DNA from: Minisyncoccota bacterium
GTDB taxonomy: Bacteria > Patescibacteriota > Minisyncoccia > Phycocordibacterales > UBA9973
DNA length: 64,000 nucleotides
Assembly (NCBI GenBank): GCA_041663005.1
Contig: JBAZRK010000001.1
Span: 93,360 to 157,359, forward strand
Direction: 5' to 3'
This document shows, in pieces, positions 26,576-33,877 of the stretch. The position numbers and the translations under genes were made by a program. The notes beneath the pieces are model-generated. The model searched no databases. It had not been told where the DNA came from and saw nothing but the letters and a program-made list of their open reading frames with translations. Position 1 is the first letter of the stretch. The number at the start of each line of letters is the position of its first letter.

Positions 26576-27745
26576 TTACAGGCTTAAATTTCCTGAGGCT
26601 TTAATGCTTTCTGGTTTAGGCACTCGTTTCTTGTTTTTGATAAATTGCAGGTATCCGGCGATGCCTATCATCAGTCCGTTGTCTCCAGTAAGTTCCCTGG
26701 GAGGGAAATATAGTTCGCAGGTTTTCTTAACAATTTTATTTATCTCTTTATTTAAATGTTTGTTCGCCGAAACGCCGCCAGCAACAATTAGTGTTTTAAT
26801 TCTATATTGCTCTATTGCCTTAGCAGTTTTGTAGGTCAGGCATTCTATGGCAGCATTTTCGAATTCGAGGGCTATCTGTGCCTTAGTCTCATCACTTATT
26901 TCTTCTGCACCGCCTAAGTCGCGAACTAAATAGAGCACTGCTGTTTTGAGCCCAGAGAACGAGAATTTAAAATCTTTAGTTCGTAGCATCGGCCGAGGGA
27001 GTGAAAACGGCAGAGCTTGCTTTTCCGAAGCACGAATATTTTTCTGCTGAAAAATTCCTCGTGCTCGCGCCGTCGCGCTCGCAAGTCTTCGCAAAAGCAA
27101 GCTCTGCCTCACGCGCTCTTCTTCCGCAAGCTTTGAAATTTGCGGACCGCCTGGGTAGGGCAGACCGAGCATCCGTGCCACCTTGTCGAAAGCTTCACCC
27201 ACAGCGTCATCAAGCGTTTCGCCTATAATTTCGTACTGCATCCATTTTTTCGAAAATACCAACTGTGTGTGTCCACCGGAAACGAGGAGCGCCAGGAGCG
27301 GAGTTTTAATTTTAGGAATTTTGAAAGTCCCGGTATTTTTCCCAAAGGCTGAGAGCAGGTGCCCCTCCATATGGTTTACGGGGATGAGCGGTATGCCCCA
27401 CTTCTTCGCCAAGTCCTGGGCGAAGACAATTCCAGTCCAAAGTGCTGGTTCAAGCCCCGGTCCATAGGTGACAGCAATGGCGTCCACCGGCACTTTCTTT
27501 TTCGCAAGTTTTGCTTTTTTTAGCGCTTGATCTAGGACCAAGGGCAAATTTTTTATATGTTCTCGCTTGGCGAGAGCAGGGAAGACGCCACCATAAGGAA
27601 TGTGGACATCAATTTGTGACGATATGTGGTGCGCGAGAACCTTTCCGCTTACCGTGGAATTCCCACGAGTTGAGAAAGATCCTTTCATTTCTAGGATTGC
27701 GATACTCGTCTCATCGCAACTCGTTTCAATTGAAAGTATTTTCAT
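26576..27745 (-). CDS. tsaD: tRNA N6-adenosine threonylcarbamoyltransferase TsaD (Kae1/Gcp family)
   Basis: N-terminal MKILSIETSCDETSIAIL, plus HMEGH and GGVSAN motifs. Contains a roughly 45-aa R/A-rich insertion. Confidence 0.85.
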   Translation of the reverse strand: MKILSIETSCDETSIAILEMKGSFSTRGNSTVSGKVLAHHISSQIDVHIPYGGVFPALAKREHIKNLPLVLDQALKKAKLAKKKVPVDAIAVTYGPGLEPALWTGIVFAQDLAKKWGIPLIPVNHMEGHLLSAFGKNTGTFKIPKIKTPLLALLVSGGHTQLVFSKKWMQYEIIGETLDDAVGEAFDKVARMLGLPYPGGPQISKLAEEERVRQSLLLRRLASATARARGIFQQKNIRASEKQALPFSLPRPMLRTKDFKFSFSGLKTAVLYLVRDLGGAEEISDETKAQIALEFENAAIECLTYKTAKAIEQYRIKTLIVAGGVSANKHLNKEINKIVKKTCELYFPPRELTGDNGLMIGIAGYLQFIKNKKRVPKPESIKASGNLSL

Positions 27746-27766
27746 AAGTGGTAATATAAAACGAAT

Positions 27767-27839
27767 GCGCGGTTAGCTCAGTTGGTAGAGCGACCCCTTG
27801 ACGTGGGGTAGGCCACAGGTTCGAATCCTGTATCGCGCA
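27767..27839 (+). tRNA. tRNA-Val (anticodon GAC)
   Basis: Acceptor GCGCGGT/ATCGCGC, anticodon stem ACCCC/GGGGT with loop TTGACGT, T-arm ACAGG-TTCGAAT-CCTGT. Confidence 0.9.
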
Positions 27840-27848
27840 CTAGTTTTA

Positions 27849-29078
27849 TTACATCTTCGCCTTAATTCTTTCAAGCGCTAGGATGAAAGCTGCGGCGCGC
27901 ATATTCGTTTTGAGTTCTTGAGATTTTTCAAATATTTTTTTCGCTGAGTCGTCGAGTATTGGCTGTAGTTTCGCGTTAACTTCCGCTTCAGTCCAGTGTT
28001 CACCTTTGAGATTTTGCTCCCATTCGAAACAAGAAACAGTGACTCCGCCGGAGTTCGCCAAAACATCCGGGATTACGGGGATATTTCTCTTGAACAATAT
28101 TTCATCAGCTTCCGGAGTGGTCGGCCCGTTGGCGAGTTCGAGTATTACTTTTGTCTTCACTTTCTCTACACTAGTTTCGGTGATTTGGTTTTCGAGTGCG
28201 GCGGGGATTAAGAGATCGCATTCTGTTGCCAAGAGCTCAGCGTTGCTTATGTCCTTGGCTCCTGGGAAGCTTGTGAGTAACCCTGTCTTTTTCTTATGTT
28301 CGAATAATGCTTCGATGTCGAGCCCCTCAGGGTTATAAATTGCTCCATCGGAATTTGAAACAGCAATAACTTTATGCCCTTCCTTGTGCCAAATTTTAGC
28401 AGCGAAGCCACCGACGTTGCCGAAGCCTTGCACGACCACACTGCACTTTTCTGGAAGATTTAATTCCTTTCGGAGAGATTCGAATACATAGTATCCACCC
28501 TGGGCAGTTGCTGGTCCGCGTCCTTCTGAGCCACCTTGTTCAATAGGCTTGCCGGTAAATGTTGCGCGAGTTTTATCCCCAGTGATTTTCTCAAATTCAT
28601 CCGCCATCCAGGCCATTATTTCGGGAGTGGTGTTAACGTCAGGCGCTGGCACGTCCTTCTTCGGCCCCAAGACATCGGCGAGCTTCTTAACCCAGCCACG
28701 TGAGAGTCTTTCAAGTTCACCTTTAGACAGTTTCGACGGGTCGACAGTTATGCCACCCTTGCCTCCGCCCATGGGGATTCCGGCTACGGCGCACTTGATA
28801 GCCATCCAGAAGGCGAGAGCCTTCACTTCATTTATTTCCGTGTCATGGTGGTAACGGATGCCGCCTTTGTAGGGCCCGAGAGCGTTGTTGAATTCGACTC
28901 GATAACCTTCGAAAATTCGGAGAGAGCCGTCATCCATCTTGACCGGAATAGAAATCCGGATATCTCTATCCGGTTGTCGCATACGAGAAACGAATTCGTC
29001 TCCGAAGCTGGCAAGCTTGGAGGCTTTGTCTAGCTGCGCCATCGCGTTCTCAAAAGGATTCTTCATATTTTTTATCAA
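27849..29078 (-). CDS. gdhA: glutamate dehydrogenase (Glu/Leu/Phe/Val dehydrogenase family)
   Basis: Catalytic motif IPMGGGKGG and NAD(P)-binding motif GFGNVG. Confidence 0.85.
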   Translation of the reverse strand: MIKNMKNPFENAMAQLDKASKLASFGDEFVSRMRQPDRDIRISIPVKMDDGSLRIFEGYRVEFNNALGPYKGGIRYHHDTEINEVKALAFWMAIKCAVAGIPMGGGKGGITVDPSKLSKGELERLSRGWVKKLADVLGPKKDVPAPDVNTTPEIMAWMADEFEKITGDKTRATFTGKPIEQGGSEGRGPATAQGGYYVFESLRKELNLPEKCSVVVQGFGNVGGFAAKIWHKEGHKVIAVSNSDGAIYNPEGLDIEALFEHKKKTGLLTSFPGAKDISNAELLATECDLLIPAALENQITETSVEKVKTKVILELANGPTTPEADEILFKRNIPVIPDVLANSGGVTVSCFEWEQNLKGEHWTEAEVNAKLQPILDDSAKKIFEKSQELKTNMRAAAFILALERIKAKM

Positions 29079-29127
29079 AAAAATAAAATTGTAATGTCCG
29101 AATTATAGCACAACGGCAAGTCGCCAC

Positions 29128-29880
29128 TTAAATACGACCCACTTTCTCTAAAATTTCAAGTTCTTCTTTTGAGTTGGCGCCCAGCGCTTCCCGGGGGTTT
29201 ACTTCAATACTCCCAATTTTCTCATTCGTGGCGGAAGTCTCTTCCCAGAGGTCGGTGAGGTAGTACTCATTCTGGACATTTTTCTCTCTATCGATCTTTT
29301 GCAAGTTTTCCCAGAGCCAGGAAGCCTTGAAAGCAAAGCAGGAGACATTCACTTCTTTAATTTTTTTCTCTTCCTCTGTCGCGTCGCGATATTCGCGGTC
29401 GATAATTTTGTCCCCTTGGCGGAGGATTCGCCCGTACATTGTGAAGCCCTTGCGCCAGTCTTCGAAGTCTGGCAAGACGGCTGTGGTTATGGTGAGTGTG
29501 GCATTAGACTCAATGTGCTTGCGCAATAAATTTTTAATAGTGTCGGGTGTTATGAAAGGCTGGTCGCCGGAAATTACTATAATGTTCTCCGCATCTCCGC
29601 AAGCCTCCTTCGCGGCGAGGACTGCGTGCCCGGTGCCCAGCTGTTCTTCCTGAACAGCGTACTCATATTTATCTCCGAGCTCTTGCATCACCAAGTCGCG
29701 GCGGTAGCCTACGACCACGATTGGCCTTTCATCTATTCCAGCTTGGTCGACGGAGTCGAGTAAATGCTTAACCAAGGGTTTGCCGTGAAGAGAGGCGAGC
29801 GCCTTCGGCAATTCGCTTTTCATCCGAGTGCCCTTGCCTCCGGCCAAGACAACAATCCTCGTTTTCGATGAATTTTCCAT
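29128..29880 (-). CDS. sugar-phosphate nucleotidyltransferase (GlmU N-terminal-domain-like, stand-alone)
   Basis: VVLAGGKGTRM signature. About 250 aa with no left-handed beta-helix acetyltransferase domain. Confidence 0.7.
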   Translation of the reverse strand: MENSSKTRIVVLAGGKGTRMKSELPKALASLHGKPLVKHLLDSVDQAGIDERPIVVVGYRRDLVMQELGDKYEYAVQEEQLGTGHAVLAAKEACGDAENIIVISGDQPFITPDTIKNLLRKHIESNATLTITTAVLPDFEDWRKGFTMYGRILRQGDKIIDREYRDATEEEKKIKEVNVSCFAFKASWLWENLQKIDREKNVQNEYYLTDLWEETSATNEKIGSIEVNPREALGANSKEELEILEKVGRI

Positions 29881-29904
29881 GTTTGTTGATTATACTAAGA
29901 GTTA

Positions 29905-29933
29905 TTGCCAAATGTCCAGTTTAATGTTATAAA
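29905..29933 (+). promoter_or_regulatory. candidate sigma70-type promoter (TTGCCA-17-TATAAA) for the first GC-rich ORF
   Basis: -35-like and -10-like hexamers 17 nt apart, about 50 nt upstream of GGAGGAG-ATG at 29984. Confidence 0.35.
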
Positions 29934-29983
29934 AATGTCGGAACTCGCCACGCAGAGTGGTGAGTCAACGGAGGAGAGAAACA

Positions 29984-30544
29984 ATGAGACGACGCATCAT
30001 TGTGATTCACAACTGCGATTACAAGTCAGCGGAAATCCAGGATGTCCTCTGGCGCGCGGACGCCGATGCGCGCTGGATCACGAGTAAATATGCCGAGGAG
30101 GTGGGGTTCTGGAAGGGAAGGACACCTCCTACTGGACACAAGGCTCTCGCGGTCGTCGTGTTCCTCGTCGACGATGTCATCGTCGACCAGTTCGTCAGCC
30201 CGCGGAGGCAGGAGCTCGAGGTCTTCGTCCGTAGCTGGGTCAACCCCGACTACGGAAAGGACGACGAGCGCAGCACCGCGGCTCCGAGCGCCGAACATCT
30301 CGAGAGGATGCGCCAGATCGAGGCGTCGCCTGTTCGCTCGAACCACGTGCCGCACCTGAGCGCCACGGAGATGGCCACGGACCACGACGGCATCGCGACT
30401 GTCGTCCACCCGTCGACGCGCATCGAAGTGCCGCCCCCGCCGCGCCCCGACCGGCGGGAGATGTCCGTCCACACCTGGGAGGAGGATGCGAGACAGGAAG
30501 CGCCCGTCCGCATCAACTCTGACGCCCGTAAGATCACCGGCTAG
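29984..30544 (+). CDS. hypothetical protein, GC-rich cassette 1
   Basis: GGAGGAG RBS 6 nt before the ATG. Strong G/C bias at third codon positions in this frame only. The protein is R/D/E/P-rich and unlike neighbouring host proteins. Confidence 0.55.
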   Translation: MRRRIIVIHNCDYKSAEIQDVLWRADADARWITSKYAEEVGFWKGRTPPTGHKALAVVVFLVDDVIVDQFVSPRRQELEVFVRSWVNPDYGKDDERSTAAPSAEHLERMRQIEASPVRSNHVPHLSATEMATDHDGIATVVHPSTRIEVPPPPRPDRREMSVHTWEEDARQEAPVRINSDARKITG

Positions 30545-30560
30545 CGGTCGCGCCAGAGAA

Positions 30561-30712
30561 CCCCGCCGTGACGTTTGTTAGGTCACGGCGGGGGAGGCCA
30601 AGTTCCTTTTCACAATTTTTTTCGTTTTACTTCTCTCGAGCCGCTGGCTCGTAATTATCGAGCCTTTGCGGACTAGAGACTGCACTGGCTCTTTTTCGTA
30701 ATAGTAGCGTGA
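30561..30712. repeat. cassette-end module copy 1: identical 33-nt perfect palindrome plus two downstream hairpins and a T-run
   Basis: CCCCGCCGTGAC-GTTTGTTAG-GTCACGGCGGGG followed by GAGGCCAAGTT. Then hairpin CGAGCC-GCTG-GGCTCG, then GAGCC...GGCTC followed by TTTTT. Confidence 0.6.
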
Positions 30713-30723
30713 TTTTTTAGTAG

Positions 30724-30732
30724 TGCTATAAT
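30724..30732 (+). promoter_or_regulatory. extended -10 element TGCTATAAT upstream of ORF 30785
   Basis: TGnTATAAT match lies about 50 nt upstream of an AAGGAGAT RBS and the ATG. Confidence 0.35.
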
Positions 30733-30784
30733 TTAAATATTAACAATAAATAAAAAATTTATGCCCTCAGAAGGAGATAACCCA

Positions 30785-31051
30785 ATGACAGCTCGCCAAC
30801 CGGAACATAAAAAGCTATTGCCGCAGCGTGGGCAATTGCTACAGCTAAGCAGCGGGTTTGACAGTCGACGGACTGATTTAGCAACCTACGGCAGAGACCC
30901 CTATTTGGTCTTGGAAGTTGTCGGCGACAAAGTCCACGTACGCAATGCTGATGGCCAGGAAGTGGATATACCCTTATCAAAGGTATCTTTACACTCATTA
31001 ACAGACAGCGAGCATTATATAAAGACGCACTTCCCAGATTTTAAGAAATAA
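30785..31051 (+). CDS. hypothetical small protein (88 aa), cassette 2
   Basis: AAGGAGATAACCCA-ATG RBS. Moderate-GC codon usage that differs from the host. Confidence 0.5.
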   Translation: MTARQPEHKKLLPQRGQLLQLSSGFDSRRTDLATYGRDPYLVLEVVGDKVHVRNADGQEVDIPLSKVSLHSLTDSEHYIKTHFPDFKK

Positions 31052-31064
31052 TTTTGAGTTATTG

Positions 31065-31098
31065 AAACGGCTCAACACTGTTGAGCCGTTTCTCGTTT
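31065..31098 (+). terminator. hairpin terminator after ORF 30785
   Basis: AAACGGCTCAACA-CTG-TTGAGCCGTTT followed by CTCGTTTG. Confidence 0.5.
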
Positions 31099-31156
31099 GC
31101 GGCAGCAGAACCTCGCGGAACATAAAAAGTCTTCGAGGCTTTTTCATTTTCCCAAG

Positions 31157-31185
31157 TTGACAGAACGCCCTAAAGTAGGTAATTT
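31157..31185 (+). promoter_or_regulatory. promoter module TTGACAGAAC-N-TAATTT (copy 1)
   Basis: TTGACA, 17-nt spacer, TAATTT. The module sits 17 nt upstream of CAGGAGGAAGCG-ATG. Confidence 0.5.
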
Positions 31186-31202
31186 ATGTGCAGGAGGAAG
31201 CG

Positions 31203-31418
31203 ATGGACAGCCACATTCGAATTACGCTGCCGGAATGGAATCACCGCGGTGTGGTCGAGCAGGTTGCCAAGCTCCTCGACCGACCCGTTGTCATCGTGAC
31301 ATGGGACGTAAAGTCCCTCACGATTAAGTCTAACGAAGCCCCCTTCAGTGGGAAAGACGTGGTGCGGGTTCAGAAAGATCTCGGTTTCACCGCCGAGATG
31401 CTCTACGAGCCCATCTAG
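31203..31418 (+). CDS. hypothetical small protein (71 aa), first gene of a 3-gene GC-rich operon
   Basis: AGGAGG RBS and GC3-biased codons. Confidence 0.5.
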   Translation: MDSHIRITLPEWNHRGVVEQVAKLLDRPVVIVTWDVKSLTIKSNEAPFSGKDVVRVQKDLGFTAEMLYEPI

Positions 31419-31432
31419 GAGGAGAGAGAAGC

Positions 31433-31708
31433 ATGAAAGCTCTGATGAAGGTCGGGATGATTCCCGACAAAACCCCGTTTGAGACCGCGGAAGCAGTTCG
31501 CGATCTCTTCGGTCGCAGTACTCGCCTCGTCTCGACCGACGAGGAAAAGAGGGAGGTTGTCTTGCAGTCGCTGACAATTCCCTTCTGCAAGGAGGATGCG
31601 GCGTCGGTGCGCCGCAATCTCAAGGTGGCCGCCGAGATGCTCGGAAAGCCGGAGGTGCCGGCCGCCGAAGCCAATGATGAACCCCACGTTCACCCGTGGG
31701 TCGACTAA
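31433..31708 (+). CDS. hypothetical small protein (91 aa), operon gene 2
   Basis: GGAGGAGAGAGAAGC-ATG RBS, 14 nt after the previous stop. Confidence 0.5.
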   Translation: MKALMKVGMIPDKTPFETAEAVRDLFGRSTRLVSTDEEKREVVLQSLTIPFCKEDAASVRRNLKVAAEMLGKPEVPAAEANDEPHVHPWVD

Positions 31709-31719
31709 GGAGGAGAAAG

Positions 31720-31977
31720 ATGTACATCACAGTTCGGAGTAACAGTGCAGAAATCGCTGAGGCTCGTCTTCTTCAGTCAGCCGTTTCCCGGCGGCTGGGG
31801 AAAGCGCTCATCTGGGCGCGTCTCGGCAGGGCAATCGTCATTTTCGGGCACAAGCAGGAGGACCAGCTCACCCCCGGAGACGTGCAGCTCCTCAACGGCG
31901 ACAAGAGGTTTGTCGCCCATGAGAGCACTGAGGAGGAGCTGAGCCGTTCGGGGCTGAGGATCCCGCAGGCTTCGTAG
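31720..31977 (+). CDS. hypothetical small protein (85 aa), operon gene 3
   Basis: TAAGGAGGAGAAAG-ATG RBS. Start reassigned to MYITVRS. Confidence 0.5.
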   Translation: MYITVRSNSAEIAEARLLQSAVSRRLGKALIWARLGRAIVIFGHKQEDQLTPGDVQLLNGDKRFVAHESTEEELSRSGLRIPQAS

Positions 31978-31993
31978 TCCTCCTTCCAGAGCA

Positions 31994-32127
31994 CCCCGCC
32001 GTGACGTTTGTTAGGTCACGGCGGGGGAGGCCAAGTTCTTTCAACAACAAGAAATTTTTTTCTCGAGCCACTCGGCTCGAACATCGAGCCTTGTGGACCG
32101 GAAACGCTTCACGAGGCTTTTCTTATT
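31994..32127. repeat. cassette-end module copy 2
   Basis: The 33-nt palindrome and GAGGCCAAGTTC are identical to copy 1. Then hairpin CGAGCC-ACTC-GGCTCG, then AGCCT...AGGCT followed by TTTTCTT. Confidence 0.6.
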
Positions 32128-32128
32128 T

Positions 32129-32560
32129 TTAGACCATAGTTAACTTCGCGCCCTTTTTCAAATACCAAATCGAAAGAATAAAAAGCAAAATATAAAAAAC
32201 GAGGCCATAAGCGCACGTAGGCAGACCCAAGCTATACTCCGTCCCGCCTGCAAGGAGTTTCCCAATTTCCGGTACAGTAAAATATCCGGCAAAGAGAATT
32301 CCAAGCCCAGATACTGTGCCAATAATTTTCAACATAGATTTTTCTTCAATCGTCTTCACCAGACCCAAGAGAGCGGTAAGGAAAATAATTAGAAACATTC
32401 CAAAGCCGAAATAACAAGCTGGGTAACCTAGGAAATAAGGGCAAGGTTCAGATAGCGCACAAGTGGATGTGAAAAATTTGACCCCACTAAGATAACCCGA
32501 AAACAATAACCCCGCGAGCCCGAGCCAAAACATAGTTTTAGCATAATTTAAGGTTTTCAT
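32129..32560 (-). CDS. small polytopic membrane protein (VKOR/DsbB-like thiol-oxidoreductase candidate), with host-like composition
   Basis: Four to five TM helices. Cys pair TSTCALSEPC in a loop. AT-rich codon usage like the flanking host genes. Confidence 0.5.
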   Translation of the reverse strand: MKTLNYAKTMFWLGLAGLLFSGYLSGVKFFTSTCALSEPCPYFLGYPACYFGFGMFLIIFLTALLGLVKTIEEKSMLKIIGTVSGLGILFAGYFTVPEIGKLLAGGTEYSLGLPTCAYGLVFYILLFILSIWYLKKGAKLTMV

Positions 32561-32621
32561 AAGCGTATTATATCACGTAAAGTCCACAGAAATTTGCTAG
32601 CTTTATGTGATTTTTATCAAT

Positions 32622-32650
32622 TTGACAGAACCGTTTTTGTGATGTAATTT
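32622..32650 (+). promoter_or_regulatory. promoter module TTGACAGAAC-N-TAATTT (copy 2)
   Basis: Same architecture as 31157: TTGACAGAAC, 17-nt spacer, TAATTT, then AAGTGCGGGAGG...ATG. Confidence 0.5.
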
Positions 32651-32669
32651 AAGTGCGGGAGGATTCGGC

Positions 32670-32975
32670 ATGATCATTTTGGTCTTGAGGGGGGAAGTGG
32701 CGATGTCTCGCACGGTCGTGGAAATTCTGCAGGGGGTGGATATCCGCCTCTCTATTTCAGGGGATTGGTTGGACAGAATGCATCACCAGGATGCGCTCAT
32801 CAACCAAAAAATCGTCGTGAGCCCCAACAACATAGCTTACCCCCGCCTGTTTGTGGCACAGGGAGGGGTTACGGAGTTTGCCGCGTATGCGGTAACCGAC
32901 ACGATGGCCCGGCAGGCCATCGAGCTCAACAGTGCCCTCGCCAAGCGAGCGAGGTTGCAGGAGGCAGAGAGATGA
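32670..32975 (+). CDS. hypothetical protein (101 aa), cassette 3 gene 1
   Basis: GGGAGG RBS and GC3-biased codons. Confidence 0.45.
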   Translation: MIILVLRGEVAMSRTVVEILQGVDIRLSISGDWLDRMHHQDALINQKIVVSPNNIAYPRLFVAQGGVTEFAAYAVTDTMARQAIELNSALAKRARLQEAER

Positions 32976-33229
32976 AGAAGGTCACCATCAGCGGAGTTTC
33001 CCGGCAGCTTGCCATCGGCGCGCTCGAGCTCATCCTTGACCTCGTCCCCGGCGCAACGTCCGTCGCGTGGGGGGACGACAAGGTCGTCGTCGTCACCGAC
33101 GACGTCGAAGTCGAGGCTCTGGCAACCCTCGCCGTGGCATACGGTGAGGACGAGGGGCTCTCCATCGAAGAGATCGAAGAGATCCTCCCGCCGCGGCCGT
33201 ATGTGCCCTCCGACGCCCCGCACTGCTAG
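32972..33229 (+). CDS. hypothetical acidic protein (85 aa), translationally coupled to 32670
   Basis: ATGA start/stop overlap at 32972-32975. The product has D/E/V-rich tracts (VVVVTDDVEVEAL). Confidence 0.45.
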   Translation: MKKVTISGVSRQLAIGALELILDLVPGATSVAWGDDKVVVVTDDVEVEALATLAVAYGEDEGLSIEEIEEILPPRPYVPSDAPHC

Positions 33230-33244
33230 TGCGGGGCCGCGGAA

Positions 33245-33385
33245 CCCCGCCGTGACGTTTGTTAGGTCACGGCGGGGGAGGCCAAGTTCTTTCAACAAAT
33301 TTTTTTTCTTTTCCCCGAACCCGGTTTCCGAGGTTCGTATCAAGAGCCTCAATGGAAATCCTTTGCGGCTCTTTTCAATTCTAAT
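33245..33385. repeat. cassette-end module copy 3
   Basis: Identical 33-nt palindrome plus GAGGCCAAGTTC. Then hairpin CGAACC-...-GGTTCG, then AGAGCC...GGCTCT followed by TTTC. Confidence 0.6.
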
Positions 33386-33471
33386 TTCTTTTCTTATTGA
33401 TTTAAATTAAAAATTTTGTATTATGAAATCGGCTAGTACCCTCGCAAGAGGCTAAGCCGGGAGGGCATTCG

Positions 33472-33690
33472 ATGACCAAGACGGTTGAAGTAGCTCCCGA
33501 GCAGTTTCCCGACCCGCACAATGTGCGGGAAAACGCGCTGAACGCGCTGTCGGCTTCGCCGACACCTCAGGCCGTGCGTGGCCACCTGCCTCGCCGGGAG
33601 AGGAGGGCGGTTCATCGGGAACTCGTCTACACGAGTGACCGGCAGCAGCCCCACCCGGATCTCCACGATCCGGGAAGACTCCCGAAGTAG
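33472..33690 (+). CDS. hypothetical small protein (72 aa)
   Basis: GGGAGGG RBS before the ATG, GC-rich. Confidence 0.35.
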   Translation: MTKTVEVAPEQFPDPHNVRENALNALSASPTPQAVRGHLPRRERRAVHRELVYTSDRQQPHPDLHDPGRLPK

Positions 33691-33743
33691 AGACCATCGC
33701 GGCGAGAGTCCTAACCTCTCGTCGCACCCTTAACACCGAAACA

Positions 33744-33772
33744 AAAGACGCCCAGTTAGGGCGTCTTTTGCA
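33744..33772 (+). terminator. intrinsic terminator
   Basis: AAAGACGCCC-AGTTA-GGGCGTCTTTTG. Confidence 0.5.
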
Positions 33773-33805
33773 TTTAAGCTTAAAAATGTTATGATATTTT
33801 CCATT

Positions 33806-33877
33806 GGCCCTATCGTCTAACGGTTAGGACATCGGCTTTTCAAGCCGGTAATCCGGGTTCGATTCCCGGTAGGGTCA
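33806..33877 (+). tRNA. tRNA-Glu (anticodon TTC)
   Basis: Acceptor GGCCCTA/TAGGGTC, anticodon stem TCGGC/GCCGG with loop TTTTCAA, T-arm CCGGG-TTCGATT-CCCGG. Confidence 0.85.

Noticed and set aside
30561-33300. Possible CRISPR array suggested by three identical palindromic repeats
   Set aside because: Only three copies are present, 1.3-1.4 kb apart, with protein-coding ORFs between them. There are no short uniform spacers and no cas genes.
30561-33300. Integron attC sites, since the loop GTTAGGT fits the R-box consensus GTTRRRY
   Set aside because: The element is a simple 12-bp stem with a 9-nt loop plus separate hairpins, not the single long imperfect R''-L''...L'-R' bulged hairpin. No IntI-type tyrosine integrase is present; the adjacent recombinase is a serine recombinase.
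30019-33736. Many long overlapping ORFs on both strands in the GC-rich block (e.g. 30026..30472 -, 30042..30359 +, 30250..30537 -, 31170..31577 -, 31387..31674 -, 31415..31693 -, 32837..33352 -, 33009..33410 +, 33433..33666 -, 33452..33736 -)
   Set aside because: These are artefacts of high GC, which produces few stop codons. They lack SD sites. The chosen frames are the only ones with GC3 bias and a GGAGG RBS.
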